Below, piece by piece: positions 10,910-21,289 of a stretch of DNA of 64,000 nt. The position numbers and the translations under genes are program-made. The first letter of the stretch is position 1; the number at the start of each line of letters is the position of its first letter. The stretch comes from Candidatus Algichlamydia australiensis (GTDB lineage Bacteria > Chlamydiota > Chlamydiia > Chlamydiales > JAJFMI01), in NCBI GenBank assembly GCA_033977065.1, contig JAXCHI010000003.1:640001-704000 (forward strand). Reading direction: 5' to 3'. The notes under the pieces are model-generated. The model was not told the origin of the DNA. It searched no databases and saw only the letters and a program-made list of their open reading frames with translations.

Positions 10910-12684
10910 AAATTGAATTTTCGGGCTGGACCAACCATTCTGAGTTGATCTCTTGGATCAACGAAGTGGTTGCACTCACCCAGCCAGATGCTGTCCACCT
11001 CTGTGACGGCTCAAAAGAAGAGAATGACGCGCTCTGTCAAGAACTTGTTGAAAAAGGCGTCTTTGTTCCCCTAAAAAAACGACCAGGAAGTTACTGGTGC
11101 CACTCCGATCCAAAAGATGTCGCACGTGTAGAAGAGCGTACCTTCATCTGTTCGCAAACTCCCGAAAAAGCCGGCCCCACCAACAACTGGACCGATCCGG
11201 CTAAGATGAAAGAGAAACTCAAAACTCTCTTTGCTGGTTGCATGAAGGGACGCACCTGCTACGTTGTCCCTTTTTCTATGGGCCCAATCGAATCGCCCCT
11301 CTCGATTATAGGTATAGAAATTACGGACTCACCCTATGTTGTCGTCAATATGCGCATTATGGCACGCATGGGAAAAAAAGTTTTGGAACATCTCGGGGAT
11401 AGAGGAACCTTTATTCCCTGCCTTCACTCTGTTGGAGCACCGCTTAAAGAGGGCCAAAAAGATGTGGCTTGGCCCTGCCAGCCCGATCAAAAATACATTG
11501 TACACTTTCCTGAAGAGAGAGAAATATGGTCCTTTGGTAGCGGTTACGGAGGCAACGCACTCCTTGGAAAAAAATGTTTGGCTCTGCGCATCGCCTCCAG
11601 CATCGCACACGATGAAGGATGGCTAGCTGAGCATATGCTCATTGTGGGCATCACAAATCCTGAAGGCGAAAAACGCTACTTTGCCGCAGCCTTTCCTAGC
11701 GCCTGCGGCAAAACCAACCTTGCGATGTTGCAGCCCACGCTTCCCGGTTGGAAACTTGAATGCGTTGGCGATGATATCGCCTGGATGCGCATCGGACGCG
11801 ATGGCCAGCTTTACGCGATCAACCCCGAAGCAGGATTTTTTGGTGTCGCTCCTGGCACCTCCAATCGGTCAAATCCCAATGCAATGGCAACAATTGAAAA
11901 AAATAGCATTTTTACCAACACTGCCCTCACAGATGATGGCGACGTCTGGTGGGAGGGAATGACTGAAACACCGCCCGCCAAACTCACCGATTGGCAAGGC
12001 AATCCTTGGACGCCCGATTGCGGCCGCAAAGCCTCCCATCCCAATGCGCGCTTCACCACCCCCGCTATCCAATGCCCCGTCATTGACGAAGGCTTTGAAA
12101 AAATTGAAGGCGTACCCATCTCCGGAATTATTTTTGGTGGGCGCCGCCCCACTACCATCCCTCTTGTGATGGAAGCAAAAAATTGGGAACAGGGCGTACT
12201 TTTTGGAGCGGGCCTAAGTTCAGAACGCACCGCCGCCGCTGCAGGAAAAGTAGGTGAGCTACGTCATGATCCCTTTGCCATGCTGCCATTTTGCGGCTAC
12301 CACATGGCCGACTACTTTGCGCATTGGGTTAAAATGGGAAAGAAGGGGAGTCAACTTCCCAAAATCTACCTGGTTAACTGGTTTCGCAAAGATAACGAAG
12401 GCAATTTTCTCTGGCCCGGCTTTGGAGAAAACGTTCGCGTACTCAAATGGATCTTTGAGCGCTGTGCCAATACAGCTACCGCTCAAGAAACAGCTGTGGG
12501 GCTTACGCCAGAAACACTTGATATTACTGGCTTGCAACTCTCTCAAGAACAACTACAAGAACTTTTGAAAGTTGATCCCGCTTTGTGGAAAGAAGAAGTG
12601 ACAAAACAAAAAGAGTACTTTACACTTTTTGAAGAGAAATTTCCCACAGAACTACAAACAGAATTAGAAAAATGCGGCTCTTAA
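10906..12684 (+). CDS. pckG: Phosphoenolpyruvate carboxykinase (GTP)
   Basis: [33 protein letters not shown]. Confidence 0.98.
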   Translation: MKIEFSGWTNHSELISWINEVVALTQPDAVHLCDGSKEENDALCQELVEKGVFVPLKKRPGSYWCHSDPKDVARVEERTFICSQTPEKAGPTNNWTDPAKMKEKLKTLFAGCMKGRTCYVVPFSMGPIESPLSIIGIEITDSPYVVVNMRIMARMGKKVLEHLGDRGTFIPCLHSVGAPLKEGQKDVAWPCQPDQKYIVHFPEEREIWSFGSGYGGNALLGKKCLALRIASSIAHDEGWLAEHMLIVGITNPEGEKRYFAAAFPSACGKTNLAMLQPTLPGWKLECVGDDIAWMRIGRDGQLYAINPEAGFFGVAPGTSNRSNPNAMATIEKNSIFTNTALTDDGDVWWEGMTETPPAKLTDWQGNPWTPDCGRKASHPNARFTTPAIQCPVIDEGFEKIEGVPISGIIFGGRRPTTIPLVMEAKNWEQGVLFGAGLSSERTAAAAGKVGELRHDPFAMLPFCGYHMADYFAHWVKMGKKGSQLPKIYLVNWFRKDNEGNFLWPGFGENVRVLKWIFERCANTATAQETAVGLTPETLDITGLQLSQEQLQELLKVDPALWKEEVTKQKEYFTLFEEKFPTELQTELEKCGS

Positions 12685-13112
12685 TCCAGCGAGTCAGCCA
12701 AGCCTCAGTAACTGTTAAGAAAAAAACCGTTGGAAAAATTGGCAAAGGCTATCTGCTGCTTGTTGGTTTTCACCACGCAGATACAGAAAAATCGCTCGAC
12801 TATTTTGTACAAAAAACGTTAAATCTGCGCCTATTCACAGATGAAAACGACAAAATGAACCTCTCTCTCCAAGACATTGGAGGAGATCTGCTTGTCGTCT
12901 CGCAATTTACCCTCTACGCTGATGCGAGCAAAGGCCGCCGTCCCTCTTTTACAGAAGCAGCACCACCCGCGCAAGCGCTCACTCTCTACAACAAATTTGT
13001 AGAATCATTAGAAAATTCTTTTGGGAAAAAAGTACAAACAGGAGAATTTGGGGCCGACATGTCAGTTGACTTAACTAACGACGGCCCGGTAACTATTTTA
13101 CTTGAAAGCTAA
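12672..13112 (+). CDS. dtd: D-aminoacyl-tRNA deacylase
   Basis: [21 protein letters not shown]. Confidence 0.97.
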   Translation: MRLLIQRVSQASVTVKKKTVGKIGKGYLLLVGFHHADTEKSLDYFVQKTLNLRLFTDENDKMNLSLQDIGGDLLVVSQFTLYADASKGRRPSFTEAAPPAQALTLYNKFVESLENSFGKKVQTGEFGADMSVDLTNDGPVTILLES

Positions 13113-13527
13113 AAAGTTCCTTTTCAGAGAAGAAGAAAGGAATTTCTTGTGCAGCCGTTTCTGGGCTATCGGAGCCGTGAACTGCATTGGCATCAATGCT
13201 CTCTGCAAAGTCCGCGCGAATGGTTCCAGGTGCAGCTTTTTTCGGATCCGTCTCACCCATAATCTCGCGATTCAAAGCGATTGCATTTTCTCCCTCAAGA
13301 ACAGAGATGACAACAGGTCCAGAAGTCATAAATTCGACAAGCTCGCCGAAGAAAGGGCGCTCCTTGTGAACAGCGTAAAAATTTTGCGCTTGCTCCTCAC
13401 TTAGGTGAAGCATTTTGATTGCCGCAATGCGAAGACCTTTCTTTTCAAAACGGGCAATGATCTGTCCAATAACGTTTTTATTTACAGCATCAGGTTTAAT
13501 AATCGATAAAGTTTGTTGTTTACTCAT
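13093..13527 (-). CDS. ndk: Nucleoside diphosphate kinase
   Basis: [15 protein letters not shown]. Confidence 0.99.
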   Translation of the reverse strand: MSKQQTLSIIKPDAVNKNVIGQIIARFEKKGLRIAAIKMLHLSEEQAQNFYAVHKERPFFGELVEFMTSGPVVISVLEGENAIALNREIMGETDPKKAAPGTIRADFAESIDANAVHGSDSPETAAQEIPFFFSEKELFSFQVK

Positions 13528-13594
13528 ATAGACTCCTTAAGTTATGTTTATCTTACCTTATTCATAGATAAAATGCAACCAAAGAAAATTTTAA

Positions 13595-14813
13595 TTGACT
13601 ACCATTTGCAGTCGTGAGAACTCTACACTTTACCCCTGTTTTATTCGAAATGGTCTCTTTAGAGATCCAAAAAAAGAGTATGGGCTTAATTTTGGAGATG
13701 TAGAAAAAGTAGAAAAAATTTGCACGCTTGGGCTCTTTGAGAAAGTCTTATATGGGGAGAAAACAGTTAAAAGTTTGCAAAGGAGAGTTTATTTCGACAA
13801 GAATCTTAGATTTGTTAATTTTAAAAACTTAGATATTTCTAGATAGTGTCGTCAAAAGGCTATAATCAGATTATTTTTCATGTTTGCAGCTTATTTTTGT
13901 GCGGAAATTGAAGCTGAATTTGTAAATTCCGCTTCATTTGAGCACAAAAATGGAGCCCAAACATGAAAAATAAGATGGTTGTATGCTTTTGACGACGCTA
14001 TCTAATTGTTGCACACATCATTACGAACCTGATCGTGAGATAGCTGAAACTTATCTCGAATTAGAAAAAGTTTTTGGAAAGTGGACCCTACCACTTGCGC
14101 GTTTACTGATTCAAGATACAGAAGTTCTCTCTAAGTGGGCGCCAATCCCAACCAAAATTCCCCTTGATAATAGAGAGATTGAATTTACCTGGTGCAAGGA
14201 AGAATTAGAAACTAGAGTAAAGAATGCATATAAAAACGAGGAAAGAGAGTTTTTTGTACAGATCATAAACTTCTGGAGTGAATTGGAGGGTCGAGAGTGG
14301 AATGAAGGGTTCTACTTTCACTGGATCTATATCGTCTATCGCATACGCACCATTTTGGAAAACAGTAAGGAAAATTGTGGTGAGGATTTTTGGATCTGCA
14401 TCCGTCACTTTGTCGACGGGGCGCAACTTTATGGTTGGTGGGATAAATTGCTTAATCTTGCAGAAGGAAGTGAGAAAGAAAAAGAGATTCAAAGAATTCC
14501 TTTTCAGGTGCGACAAATTTCAAAATTAAGACACGAAGACAAGCAAGCATTGCTGAGTCTTATGACGGAGGTTTTTTCTAATTCGGAATTGATAAGTGGG
14601 GTAGGAGATTGGGAATATTATAATGATTTTGAGGCATCTTCACTCCCGAATACTACAAACAAAAAGAAAGAGGGTAGAGCAAAAGTTCACCTTATAGCTG
14701 GTATTGCACTCATTACTTTTGGTATCATCGGGGGTCTATACTATTATGGAAAACTTGATCGACTTCTCCAATATACGAAAGATTTTAGTCGCAAAACTGC
14801 GCCACCACGGTGA
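13595..14813 (+). pseudogene. 351-aa hypothetical protein with C-terminal TM anchor, split by element B
   Basis: Excising 163 bp fuses ORF 13595-13846 and ORF 13983-14813 in frame (...NLDIS|NCCTHHYE...; 1056 bp); start codon uncertain. Confidence 0.85.
13840..14004 (-). mobile_element. Palindromic element family B, copy 2 (inverted)
   Basis: 165 bp, reverse complement of copies 1 and 3 with about 1 mismatch each; TA duplicated. Confidence 0.95.
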
Positions 14814-15831
14814 TGTTCTCTTAACTTCACCACTCTTTTCGCAACTTAAAAAAGTTTGTCCCCACGCGACTATTGATGCTTACCTCTACAAAGAGACACA
14901 TCCCATGTTAGCAGGCCACCCCGCTATCAACGATTTTCTTCTCTATGACAAATCCTGGAAAAAACTTTCCCTTCCTATGCGCCTACTTCAAGAGACGAAA
15001 CTGCTGCAGCGCATTCGCAAAGGAAACTATGACCTTGTTATCAACCTCACGGAAGGGGATCGCGGCGCTTTAGCTGCCAAAGTCTCCAAAGCGCGTTATA
15101 CAGTTGGCTTTGATGCAGAAGGTAGCGGCATGAAGGGAAAAAATAAATGCTACACCCATGTGGTACGCATCTGCCACAAACCGCGTCACACCGTTGAGCG
15201 TCACCTCGATGTGCTGCGCTGCCTTGGCATCTCTATTCCTGAGAACGAGCGAGATATCTTTTTTCATATTCCACAAGAGTGCAAAACAAAAATTGCCACC
15301 CTTGTTCCGAACGATTACACTCTCATTCACCCTGTTTCGCGCTGGCTCTTTAAAGCCCTGCCAACAAAAACAATCGCAAACCTGATCAAAGAGCTGCATG
15401 CCCAAGGTAAAAACATTGTTCTCTCCAGCAGCCCCGACCCGCAAGAACTTGCCATGTGCGAAGAAATCCTTGTACAAACAAAAGAAATTCCCATCTGCAA
15501 CTTAGCTGGTAAAACTTCCCTAAAAGAGCTGGGTGCGCTTATTGAACAAGCAGAACTTCTCATCACCGTCGACTCACTCCCACTCCATCTCTCTAGTGCC
15601 CTAAAAACCCCTGTTGTCGCAATCTTTGGCCCCACCTCAGATGAGACCTGGGCGCCTTGGTGCAATCCCAACAGCAGGATCGTGACAAAATCGATGCCTT
15701 GTCGTCCTTGCTACATGCCAGGTTGCGGAGGTAGTGGCCGTAGCGACTGCCTTGAAACTCTCGAACTTTCTAAAATTTTAAACGCTGTTAAACAGTTAAC
15801 ATCTACTTTTAGCAGATCTTCTTGCAGTTAA
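14746..15831 (+). CDS. GT9 LPS heptosyltransferase (RfaQ/WaaQ-like)
   Basis: ILVAKLRHHGDVLLTSP, LAGKTSLKELGALI, VDSLPLHLSSALKTPVVAIFGP. Confidence 0.9.
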   Translation: MENLIDFSNIRKILVAKLRHHGDVLLTSPLFSQLKKVCPHATIDAYLYKETHPMLAGHPAINDFLLYDKSWKKLSLPMRLLQETKLLQRIRKGNYDLVINLTEGDRGALAAKVSKARYTVGFDAEGSGMKGKNKCYTHVVRICHKPRHTVERHLDVLRCLGISIPENERDIFFHIPQECKTKIATLVPNDYTLIHPVSRWLFKALPTKTIANLIKELHAQGKNIVLSSSPDPQELAMCEEILVQTKEIPICNLAGKTSLKELGALIEQAELLITVDSLPLHLSSALKTPVVAIFGPTSDETWAPWCNPNSRIVTKSMPCRPCYMPGCGGSGRSDCLETLELSKILNAVKQLTSTFSRSSCS

Positions 15832-15854
15832 AAAAAGGATATTTTGGATGATTC

Positions 15855-16286
15855 TTACTCATTGATTTCTTCAATAATTTCTTCGATTAATTTAGATAAA
15901 GAGTCGTATGAAAAAACAACCCCATCTGGAGAAATGTAAACATGTTCATATGCTTTGATGGATCCATCTTCATATAAAATATAGCTTAATCCTGAAGAGT
16001 CCATTATTTTGATCCCTTTTTCGGCTCTTTTTTTATCTAACAGCCCAATCTCTTTGCTTTCTGTTTTACAGTTGCACAGACCTCCTGCTTTTCCTGTAGT
16101 CACAATCTCGTGCCCTCCAATGACTAGATTACCTATCTCTTCGATAAATGATCTGGTTTCTTTATCGAATTTAAAATCCAATTCTTTCTCTAAGTCGAGA
16201 AGGGCCTCTCTTCCATACTCTCCCCAGTACAAAATCTCTATCCCTTTATTGCTCATTTCTTTTTTAAAATTTTCTCTGTTCCACAT
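15855..16286 (-). CDS. SMI1/KNR4 (SUKH)-like immunity protein
   Basis: LLDLEKELDFKFDKETRSFIEEIG N-terminal motif and YDSLSKLIEE C-terminal motif; AT-rich. Confidence 0.65.
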   Translation of the reverse strand: MWNRENFKKEMSNKGIEILYWGEYGREALLDLEKELDFKFDKETRSFIEEIGNLVIGGHEIVTTGKAGGLCNCKTESKEIGLLDKKRAEKGIKIMDSSGLSYILYEDGSIKAYEHVYISPDGVVFSYDSLSKLIEEIIEEINE

Positions 16287-16383
16287 TTTCCTTCTCACTT
16301 TTACTTGATTTCCCTGTTACTTTTCATGACCTCGAGACAGCATAACATGTGGTATGTAAATTCAAAATATCAAATCTTAAAAA

Positions 16384-16517
16384 TGTCCGAATTATAACTA
16401 ATTCGGACAAAAATCTTCTAAGAACTGGCCGAAAACCCGTTAATTCGGACAAAAACAGGCCAAAAAATGTCCGAATTGTGATAATTCGGACAAAAATTAT
16501 CGAAAAGTGTCCGAATT
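16384..16517. repeat. Array of six TGTCCGAATT/AATTCGGACA sites
   Basis: Copies at 16384(+), 16400(-), 16442(-), 16468(+), 16483(-), 16508(+). Confidence 0.9.
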
Positions 16518-16660
16518 AATTACAGAACACTCGGTACTGTAGGGGCGTACATAAAGGCTTTTGATTAATCAATGAGGCTCAGGTTATTGAGCTTGGGGTT
16601 AATATAAAAAAATTGAAAAAAACAGAGAAAGAAAAATGCATGTTGGTCGATTGATTTCAG

Positions 16661-16873
16661 ATGGAGTTGAAGGGGCTTGGGGGCTTGTTTCATAGCTTGT
16701 TAAGAATAAAACTGATTAGCTTATATGATCCCGAAACTAGAGAGATGGACGAATGGTTTGATCCTTGCGTTTCTATGGATGCCACTGTTGCTCGGTTTAT
16801 TCCTCTCTTAAGGGGAGAAATTCATGAAAAATTAGGTAAAAAGAACAACCCGCCTTCAAAGAAAAAAAATTAA
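16661..16873 (+). CDS. Small hypothetical protein
   Basis: 70-aa ORF only. Confidence 0.35.
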   Translation: MELKGLGGLFHSLLRIKLISLYDPETREMDEWFDPCVSMDATVARFIPLLRGEIHEKLGKKNNPPSKKKN

Positions 16874-16905
16874 AACTTTTAGAGGTAGAAAACGAAATCT
16901 TATCA

Positions 16906-17130
16906 TTGGAATGCGCAATGGAAAATGAAAAACACCAAGCAAGGGTGAAGATGCGCCAGGCTCTGATTTATTATGGCGACTGTTTTCGAAAGTTGGTTGA
17001 AGGTGATCATGAATTTAAAGAGTGTTTCTCTCCATATGACTTATCACTAATAAAAAAACTAATTGAAGATTCTTCAAACGAATCAACAGTTTTAAAGGGC
17101 TTGTATTTTGGGGGAAATAGAGATAGTTAA
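16906..17130 (+). CDS. Small hypothetical protein
   Basis: 74-aa ORF only (ATG at 16918 possible). Confidence 0.4.
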   Translation: MECAMENEKHQARVKMRQALIYYGDCFRKLVEGDHEFKECFSPYDLSLIKKLIEDSSNESTVLKGLYFGGNRDS

Positions 17131-17135
17131 GGAGA

Positions 17136-17855
17136 CTATAACTGGAAATCTTCGCCAAGGTAGTAGCGTTTAGCATCGGGATTGGCAATGAGTTCGTCCA
17201 CTGTGCCCGACATCAGAACTTGGCCTTCGCGCATGAGATAGCTGCGATCGACAATCGAGAAGAGTTCGCGGGCGTTATGGTCCGTGATCAAGATGCTAAT
17301 CCCTTTTTTTTGCAGGTGGCGGATCATTTTTTTGAGGTCGCTGATGGTGATGGGGTCAACGTTGGCAAAGGGTTCGTCGAGGAGGAGAAGGGAGGGACTT
17401 GTGACAAGAGCGCGGGTGATTTCTAAGCGGCGTCGCTCACCTCCGGAGAGGGTTACAGCGCGCTTTTTGGCATGAGGTTTCAGATAGAGTTCGTCAAGTA
17501 GTTGGTTGCAGCGCTTCTTTCGCTGCTCCTTGTTCATTGGGAGAGTTTCAAGTACGGCGAGTATATTTTCTTCTACAGTGAGGGAGCGAAAGATCGAAGG
17601 CTCTTGAGCGAGATAACCCATGCCCATTTTGGCCCGCTTATGGATAGGAAGGTGAGTGATCTCTTGATCTTTAAAAATAACCTTACCTCCATCAGGAGAG
17701 ATGAGGCCGATTGTCATGTAAAAGGCGGTTGTTTTTCCCGCGCCGTTAGGGCCAAGTAGGCCGACAATTTCACCGGGGCCGACAGAAAAACTAAGGTCGG
17801 TAACGACGGACTTGCCGCTATATTTTTTTTTCAAATGGCGGATTTTTAAAATCAT
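17136..17855 (-). CDS. lptB: LPS export ABC transporter ATP-binding protein
   Basis: GPNGAGKTT, GYLAQEPSIF, LSGGERRRLEI, ITDHN. Confidence 0.96.
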   Translation of the reverse strand: MILKIRHLKKKYSGKSVVTDLSFSVGPGEIVGLLGPNGAGKTTAFYMTIGLISPDGGKVIFKDQEITHLPIHKRAKMGMGYLAQEPSIFRSLTVEENILAVLETLPMNKEQRKKRCNQLLDELYLKPHAKKRAVTLSGGERRRLEITRALVTSPSLLLLDEPFANVDPITISDLKKMIRHLQKKGISILITDHNARELFSIVDRSYLMREGQVLMSGTVDELIANPDAKRYYLGEDFQL

Positions 17856-18760
17856 CTTTTTGGGATTTCACCCTCTCCAAGGTAGATGTTGTCGGGAGTA
17901 GAATTCTCCCAAAAAAGATGTTGCTGTCGCCCTTTTGTGACAAGCAACATGGCATCCTCTTCAAGAGGAAAGTCTACCCGATCACAGAGAAGTGTGTCAA
18001 AAGAGATGTAGCGATCTTTGGATTCAATTCGAACTTCACCTTGAAGTTCAACGCGCACGGGGCGTAGTTTGTCATAGTGAAGAGTTAAGTTATCAGAAAA
18101 GAGCTTAAGTTTATCGGTTTGAAAGAGAATTTGCTCATCTTTTTTACTTGTCACTGTAAGAATTTGTTCTTGCGGCTTGTAGTGAAACTCATTGTTTGAT
18201 TCAAGAAAAAAGGGGGTAGGAGAGTCTTCTTGCAGAAGATCCATTTTCCCCATGACAAGTAGGTGGTTATTTTGAATTTGCAATATATTTTCTGCGTGAA
18301 GTTCCCCAAGCTCTGGAATAAGAAGGGTGATGGCGCCTTCTAAAATTAAACAATCTTTTTCTACATAGACTTTTTTTGCTTTGAGGGGTGACATGCTCTG
18401 ATCTAAAAAGTTGAGGTGGCCAGAGGTGTCTTGCAGTTCAAGGGAGTCTGTTTTTAAATTGTAGGAAAGATTTTGGTAATGCAGCTCTCCATTTTGAAAA
18501 TGACAAGTGCCGCCTTCAATATCTTCAAGCCACTGGTGCTGGAGATAGTGTAAAAATTCCGTTTCAATCACAATTTTATCTGCAAAGTAGGCCGTCACAG
18601 CCTCTTTTGCCTCTATTTTGTCGAGTCCTTGGCGTTTATCTATGGAGAGCTCTAATTTTTTGCTTTCAATGCGAAGAGTGTGATGGCCAATATGATCCTT
18701 ATATGTTGAGCTAAAGAGAAGAAAAGGAAGACAGAGACTACTCAAAAATCGCATGGGCAC
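17852..18760 (-). CDS. Exported beta-rich protein, probable LptA/OstA-like
   Basis: Signal peptide, beta-rich; position in kdsA-X-Y-lptB operon. Confidence 0.5.
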   Translation of the reverse strand: MPMRFLSSLCLPFLLFSSTYKDHIGHHTLRIESKKLELSIDKRQGLDKIEAKEAVTAYFADKIVIETEFLHYLQHQWLEDIEGGTCHFQNGELHYQNLSYNLKTDSLELQDTSGHLNFLDQSMSPLKAKKVYVEKDCLILEGAITLLIPELGELHAENILQIQNNHLLVMGKMDLLQEDSPTPFFLESNNEFHYKPQEQILTVTSKKDEQILFQTDKLKLFSDNLTLHYDKLRPVRVELQGEVRIESKDRYISFDTLLCDRVDFPLEEDAMLLVTKGRQQHLFWENSTPDNIYLGEGEIPKR

Positions 18761-19310
18761 GCTCCTTTGGAATGGTCACACGGAAGTGTTCCGCGTTCAT
18801 GCGAAGATCTTTATCTTCTAAACTGAGTTCCACGCTTTTGGCTTTGCCTCGCATGGCAACGCTCTCTTCATTCATTGCACTCGATTGTGCTTGATAGAAG
18901 GTCATCAACACTTCTTCAGTGCGGAATTTATGATCGGAGAGGGAGTAAGTACCGCGATTAGAGCTAAACTGACGCACATCGCACGCGCCATCATTTGCCT
19001 CTTCTTGCACATATCCTACTATACCATAAAGCTCTTCGTGTGCTCCTGTCTCCGAGGAGTAAGTTAAAAAACTTCCTTTGTGTGCAATTTGCACGTGCCG
19101 CTGCTGATTCTCTTCGGTTAGATAGAGATCTTTTTGTACCTCTTTTTTTACTTGATGTAGAGGGGAGTCGTGAGAAGGAGTTGTCTCACACTGTTTCCAC
19201 TGCAAAAAGTTCGCAATATCTTTTTCATTATAAGTGGTGAATGTATAGCTAGAGAAAGCTATTGCGCTAAGTAACAGAGAAAAAGTAATAAAAGCTGCTC
19301 TATTTAGCAT
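18738..19310 (-). CDS. Membrane-anchored protein, probable LptC-like
   Basis: N-terminal TM plus beta-rich domain directly after kdsA. Confidence 0.5.
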   Translation of the reverse strand: MLNRAAFITFSLLLSAIAFSSYTFTTYNEKDIANFLQWKQCETTPSHDSPLHQVKKEVQKDLYLTEENQQRHVQIAHKGSFLTYSSETGAHEELYGIVGYVQEEANDGACDVRQFSSNRGTYSLSDHKFRTEEVLMTFYQAQSSAMNEESVAMRGKAKSVELSLEDKDLRMNAEHFRVTIPKERAHAIFE

Positions 19311-20073
19311 GAATTACATCATAAAGTTTTTTCAATATCGGTAACAACTGGTCAAGCTCCTCAAAGGAAATTTGAGTTGTAGCATCACTCTTTGCTTTAA
19401 GAGGATTTTCATGAGCCTCCAAGTAAAGATAGTCACTACCTGCGGCAACAGCAGCCTTTGCTAATGTTGGTAAATATTCTCTCATACCGCCTGTAGTCTC
19501 ACCTAAGCCGCCAGGTAGTTGCAAGCTGTGCGTTACGTCAAAGCAGACAGGGCAGCCCAAGCTTTGCATAATGGGAATACTGCGCATGTCACTGACTAAA
19601 TTATTGTAACCAAAGCTTGTGCCACGCTCCTCTAAAATAATCTCCTTAGCGCCCGCTTCCTGGAGCTTGACCACAACATTTTTCATATCCCAAGGCGCCA
19701 TAAATTGCCCTTTTTTTACTTTCACAGGTCTGCCGGTTTTCGCAGCAGCAACAAGCAAATCTGTTTGGCGACAGAGAAATGCAGGAATTTGAATATAGTC
19801 GAGTACCTTGCCCGCAGCTTCTGCCTGAGATGGCAAATGAATATCGGAAAGAATCGGCAAACCCAACTCTGCCTTAATCCGTTCCAAAATCTCCAGCCCC
19901 TTCTCCAGACCGGGGCCGCGAAAGCTATGGATAGAAGAGCGGTTCGCTTTGTCATAACTCGACTTAAAAACAAAGTCGATCCCGTGTTTTGTAAAAATTT
20001 CCTTTAATTCCTTTGCCGCAGCAAAAGCAGACTCTTCGTTTTCAATGACACACGGGCCGCAAAAGATCAGCAT
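19300..20073 (-). CDS. kdsA: KDO 8-phosphate synthase
   Basis: GPCVIE, KSSYDKANRSS, QIPAFLCRQTDL. Confidence 0.98.
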   Translation of the reverse strand: MLIFCGPCVIENEESAFAAAKELKEIFTKHGIDFVFKSSYDKANRSSIHSFRGPGLEKGLEILERIKAELGLPILSDIHLPSQAEAAGKVLDYIQIPAFLCRQTDLLVAAAKTGRPVKVKKGQFMAPWDMKNVVVKLQEAGAKEIILEERGTSFGYNNLVSDMRSIPIMQSLGCPVCFDVTHSLQLPGGLGETTGGMREYLPTLAKAAVAAGSDYLYLEAHENPLKAKSDATTQISFEELDQLLPILKKLYDVIHAK

Positions 20074-20672
20074 AAAAAAAGTTCCTCTAGTGAATACAAT
20101 TTTGGGGGTTTGTGAATAATAATTTTAGCGCTTTCTAGAGCCATACGCGCGTAGAGCGCGCGTCCGAGAGCTCGATGAGAGATGGTGAGCTGTTCACCAG
20201 GAAGGCCTACATGTAGCTCGTGTGCACCAAAAGAGTCCTTCATCCGAATCGAGTGAATGGGCATCTCTTTGCCCAAAGCTTTTTCAATACTTAAAGCCGT
20301 ACCGCTGGGCGCATCGACCTTTTTCTCATGGTGCTCTTCGATCAAATCGAAACTGGCCTGATCACCTAAAAACTTCGAGAGCATCGTTGTCATCTGACGC
20401 ATCATCAAGACACCCAAACTAAAGTTTGCTGCATAGAGCAAAGGAATTTCTTTCGAAGCTTCTTCAATTTCTGAAAAATCCTCATGGCCAGTCGTGCCCA
20501 TCACAAGAGGCTTTTTTAAATCTAACAACCCCCTCGTTCTACTCGGATGAGAAAAATCGATAATCACATCAGCTTCTTCAAGTGAAGCCAAAACAGCCTC
20601 TGCATCCTCATCAACGCATTTGACAACTTCTTTACCGACACGCCCATTTCGTCCTGAAACTGCAATCCTCAT
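20067..20672 (-). CDS. dapB: 4-hydroxy-tetrahydrodipicolinate reductase (compact)
   Basis: IIDFSHP, GTTG, EEHHEKKVDAPSGTA. Confidence 0.93.
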   Translation of the reverse strand: MRIAVSGRNGRVGKEVVKCVDEDAEAVLASLEEADVIIDFSHPSRTRGLLDLKKPLVMGTTGHEDFSEIEEASKEIPLLYAANFSLGVLMMRQMTTMLSKFLGDQASFDLIEEHHEKKVDAPSGTALSIEKALGKEMPIHSIRMKDSFGAHELHVGLPGEQLTISHRALGRALYARMALESAKIIIHKPPKLYSLEELFLC

Positions 20673-20704
20673 CGCAGCAATGCTAACAAAAATTTATACG
20701 AAGA

Positions 20705-21199
20705 TCAAGATGCTAAAAGTTCAGAACATTCCTTGACGCGATAGAGCAAATAATCTTTTAGGATCTGCTCATGGTCAAATGCAAATTTGCCCCATGGGAG
20801 TTCATCAAGAGGTACGACCCAAGCCTCTGCAGCATCATCTCCTGCTTGAGGTTTTTTGAAAGCTTTTGCAATGTGAGCTACCTCAACAGAGTGGTGGCGA
20901 AAATCTCTCTTAGGATCTGAATAGACATGAAACTGTTTTAAATCATGCAATTCTAAACCTACTTCTTCCATCATCTCACGGCGCACAGCTTCTTCAACTG
21001 TTTCGCCATATTCAACTTTCCCGCCTGGAATAGCTTTCCCCCAAGGCGCCTTGCCGCGTTCAATTAATACAATGCCTTGAAAGTTTCCCTTTTCATATAT
21101 TTCGATGATGGCAGTTGTAGTTAAAATAGGCGGTTTATGCTCTTCTGCAAATCCAGCAGAAGAGATGAAAACAAAGAGCAGGGCTAAAGCTTTCTTCAT
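20705..21199 (-). CDS. Nudix hydrolase with N-terminal signal peptide
   Basis: MKKALALLFVFISSAGFA; GGKVEYGETVEEAVRREMMEEVG; AGDDA, FAFDH. Confidence 0.9.
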   Translation of the reverse strand: MKKALALLFVFISSAGFAEEHKPPILTTTAIIEIYEKGNFQGIVLIERGKAPWGKAIPGGKVEYGETVEEAVRREMMEEVGLELHDLKQFHVYSDPKRDFRHHSVEVAHIAKAFKKPQAGDDAAEAWVVPLDELPWGKFAFDHEQILKDYLLYRVKECSELLAS

Positions 21200-21289
21200 T
21201 TTTTTCTCCTCCACTAACAGGTTTACCACAAATAAGAGTTTTAAAAAGACTTGATGAAAAAAAAATCATTCGTTTACGATCTGTGATCA

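Noticed and set aside
16384..16517. Possible CRISPR array
   Set aside because: Repeat is only 10 bp, occurs in both orientations with irregular spacers, and no cas genes are present.
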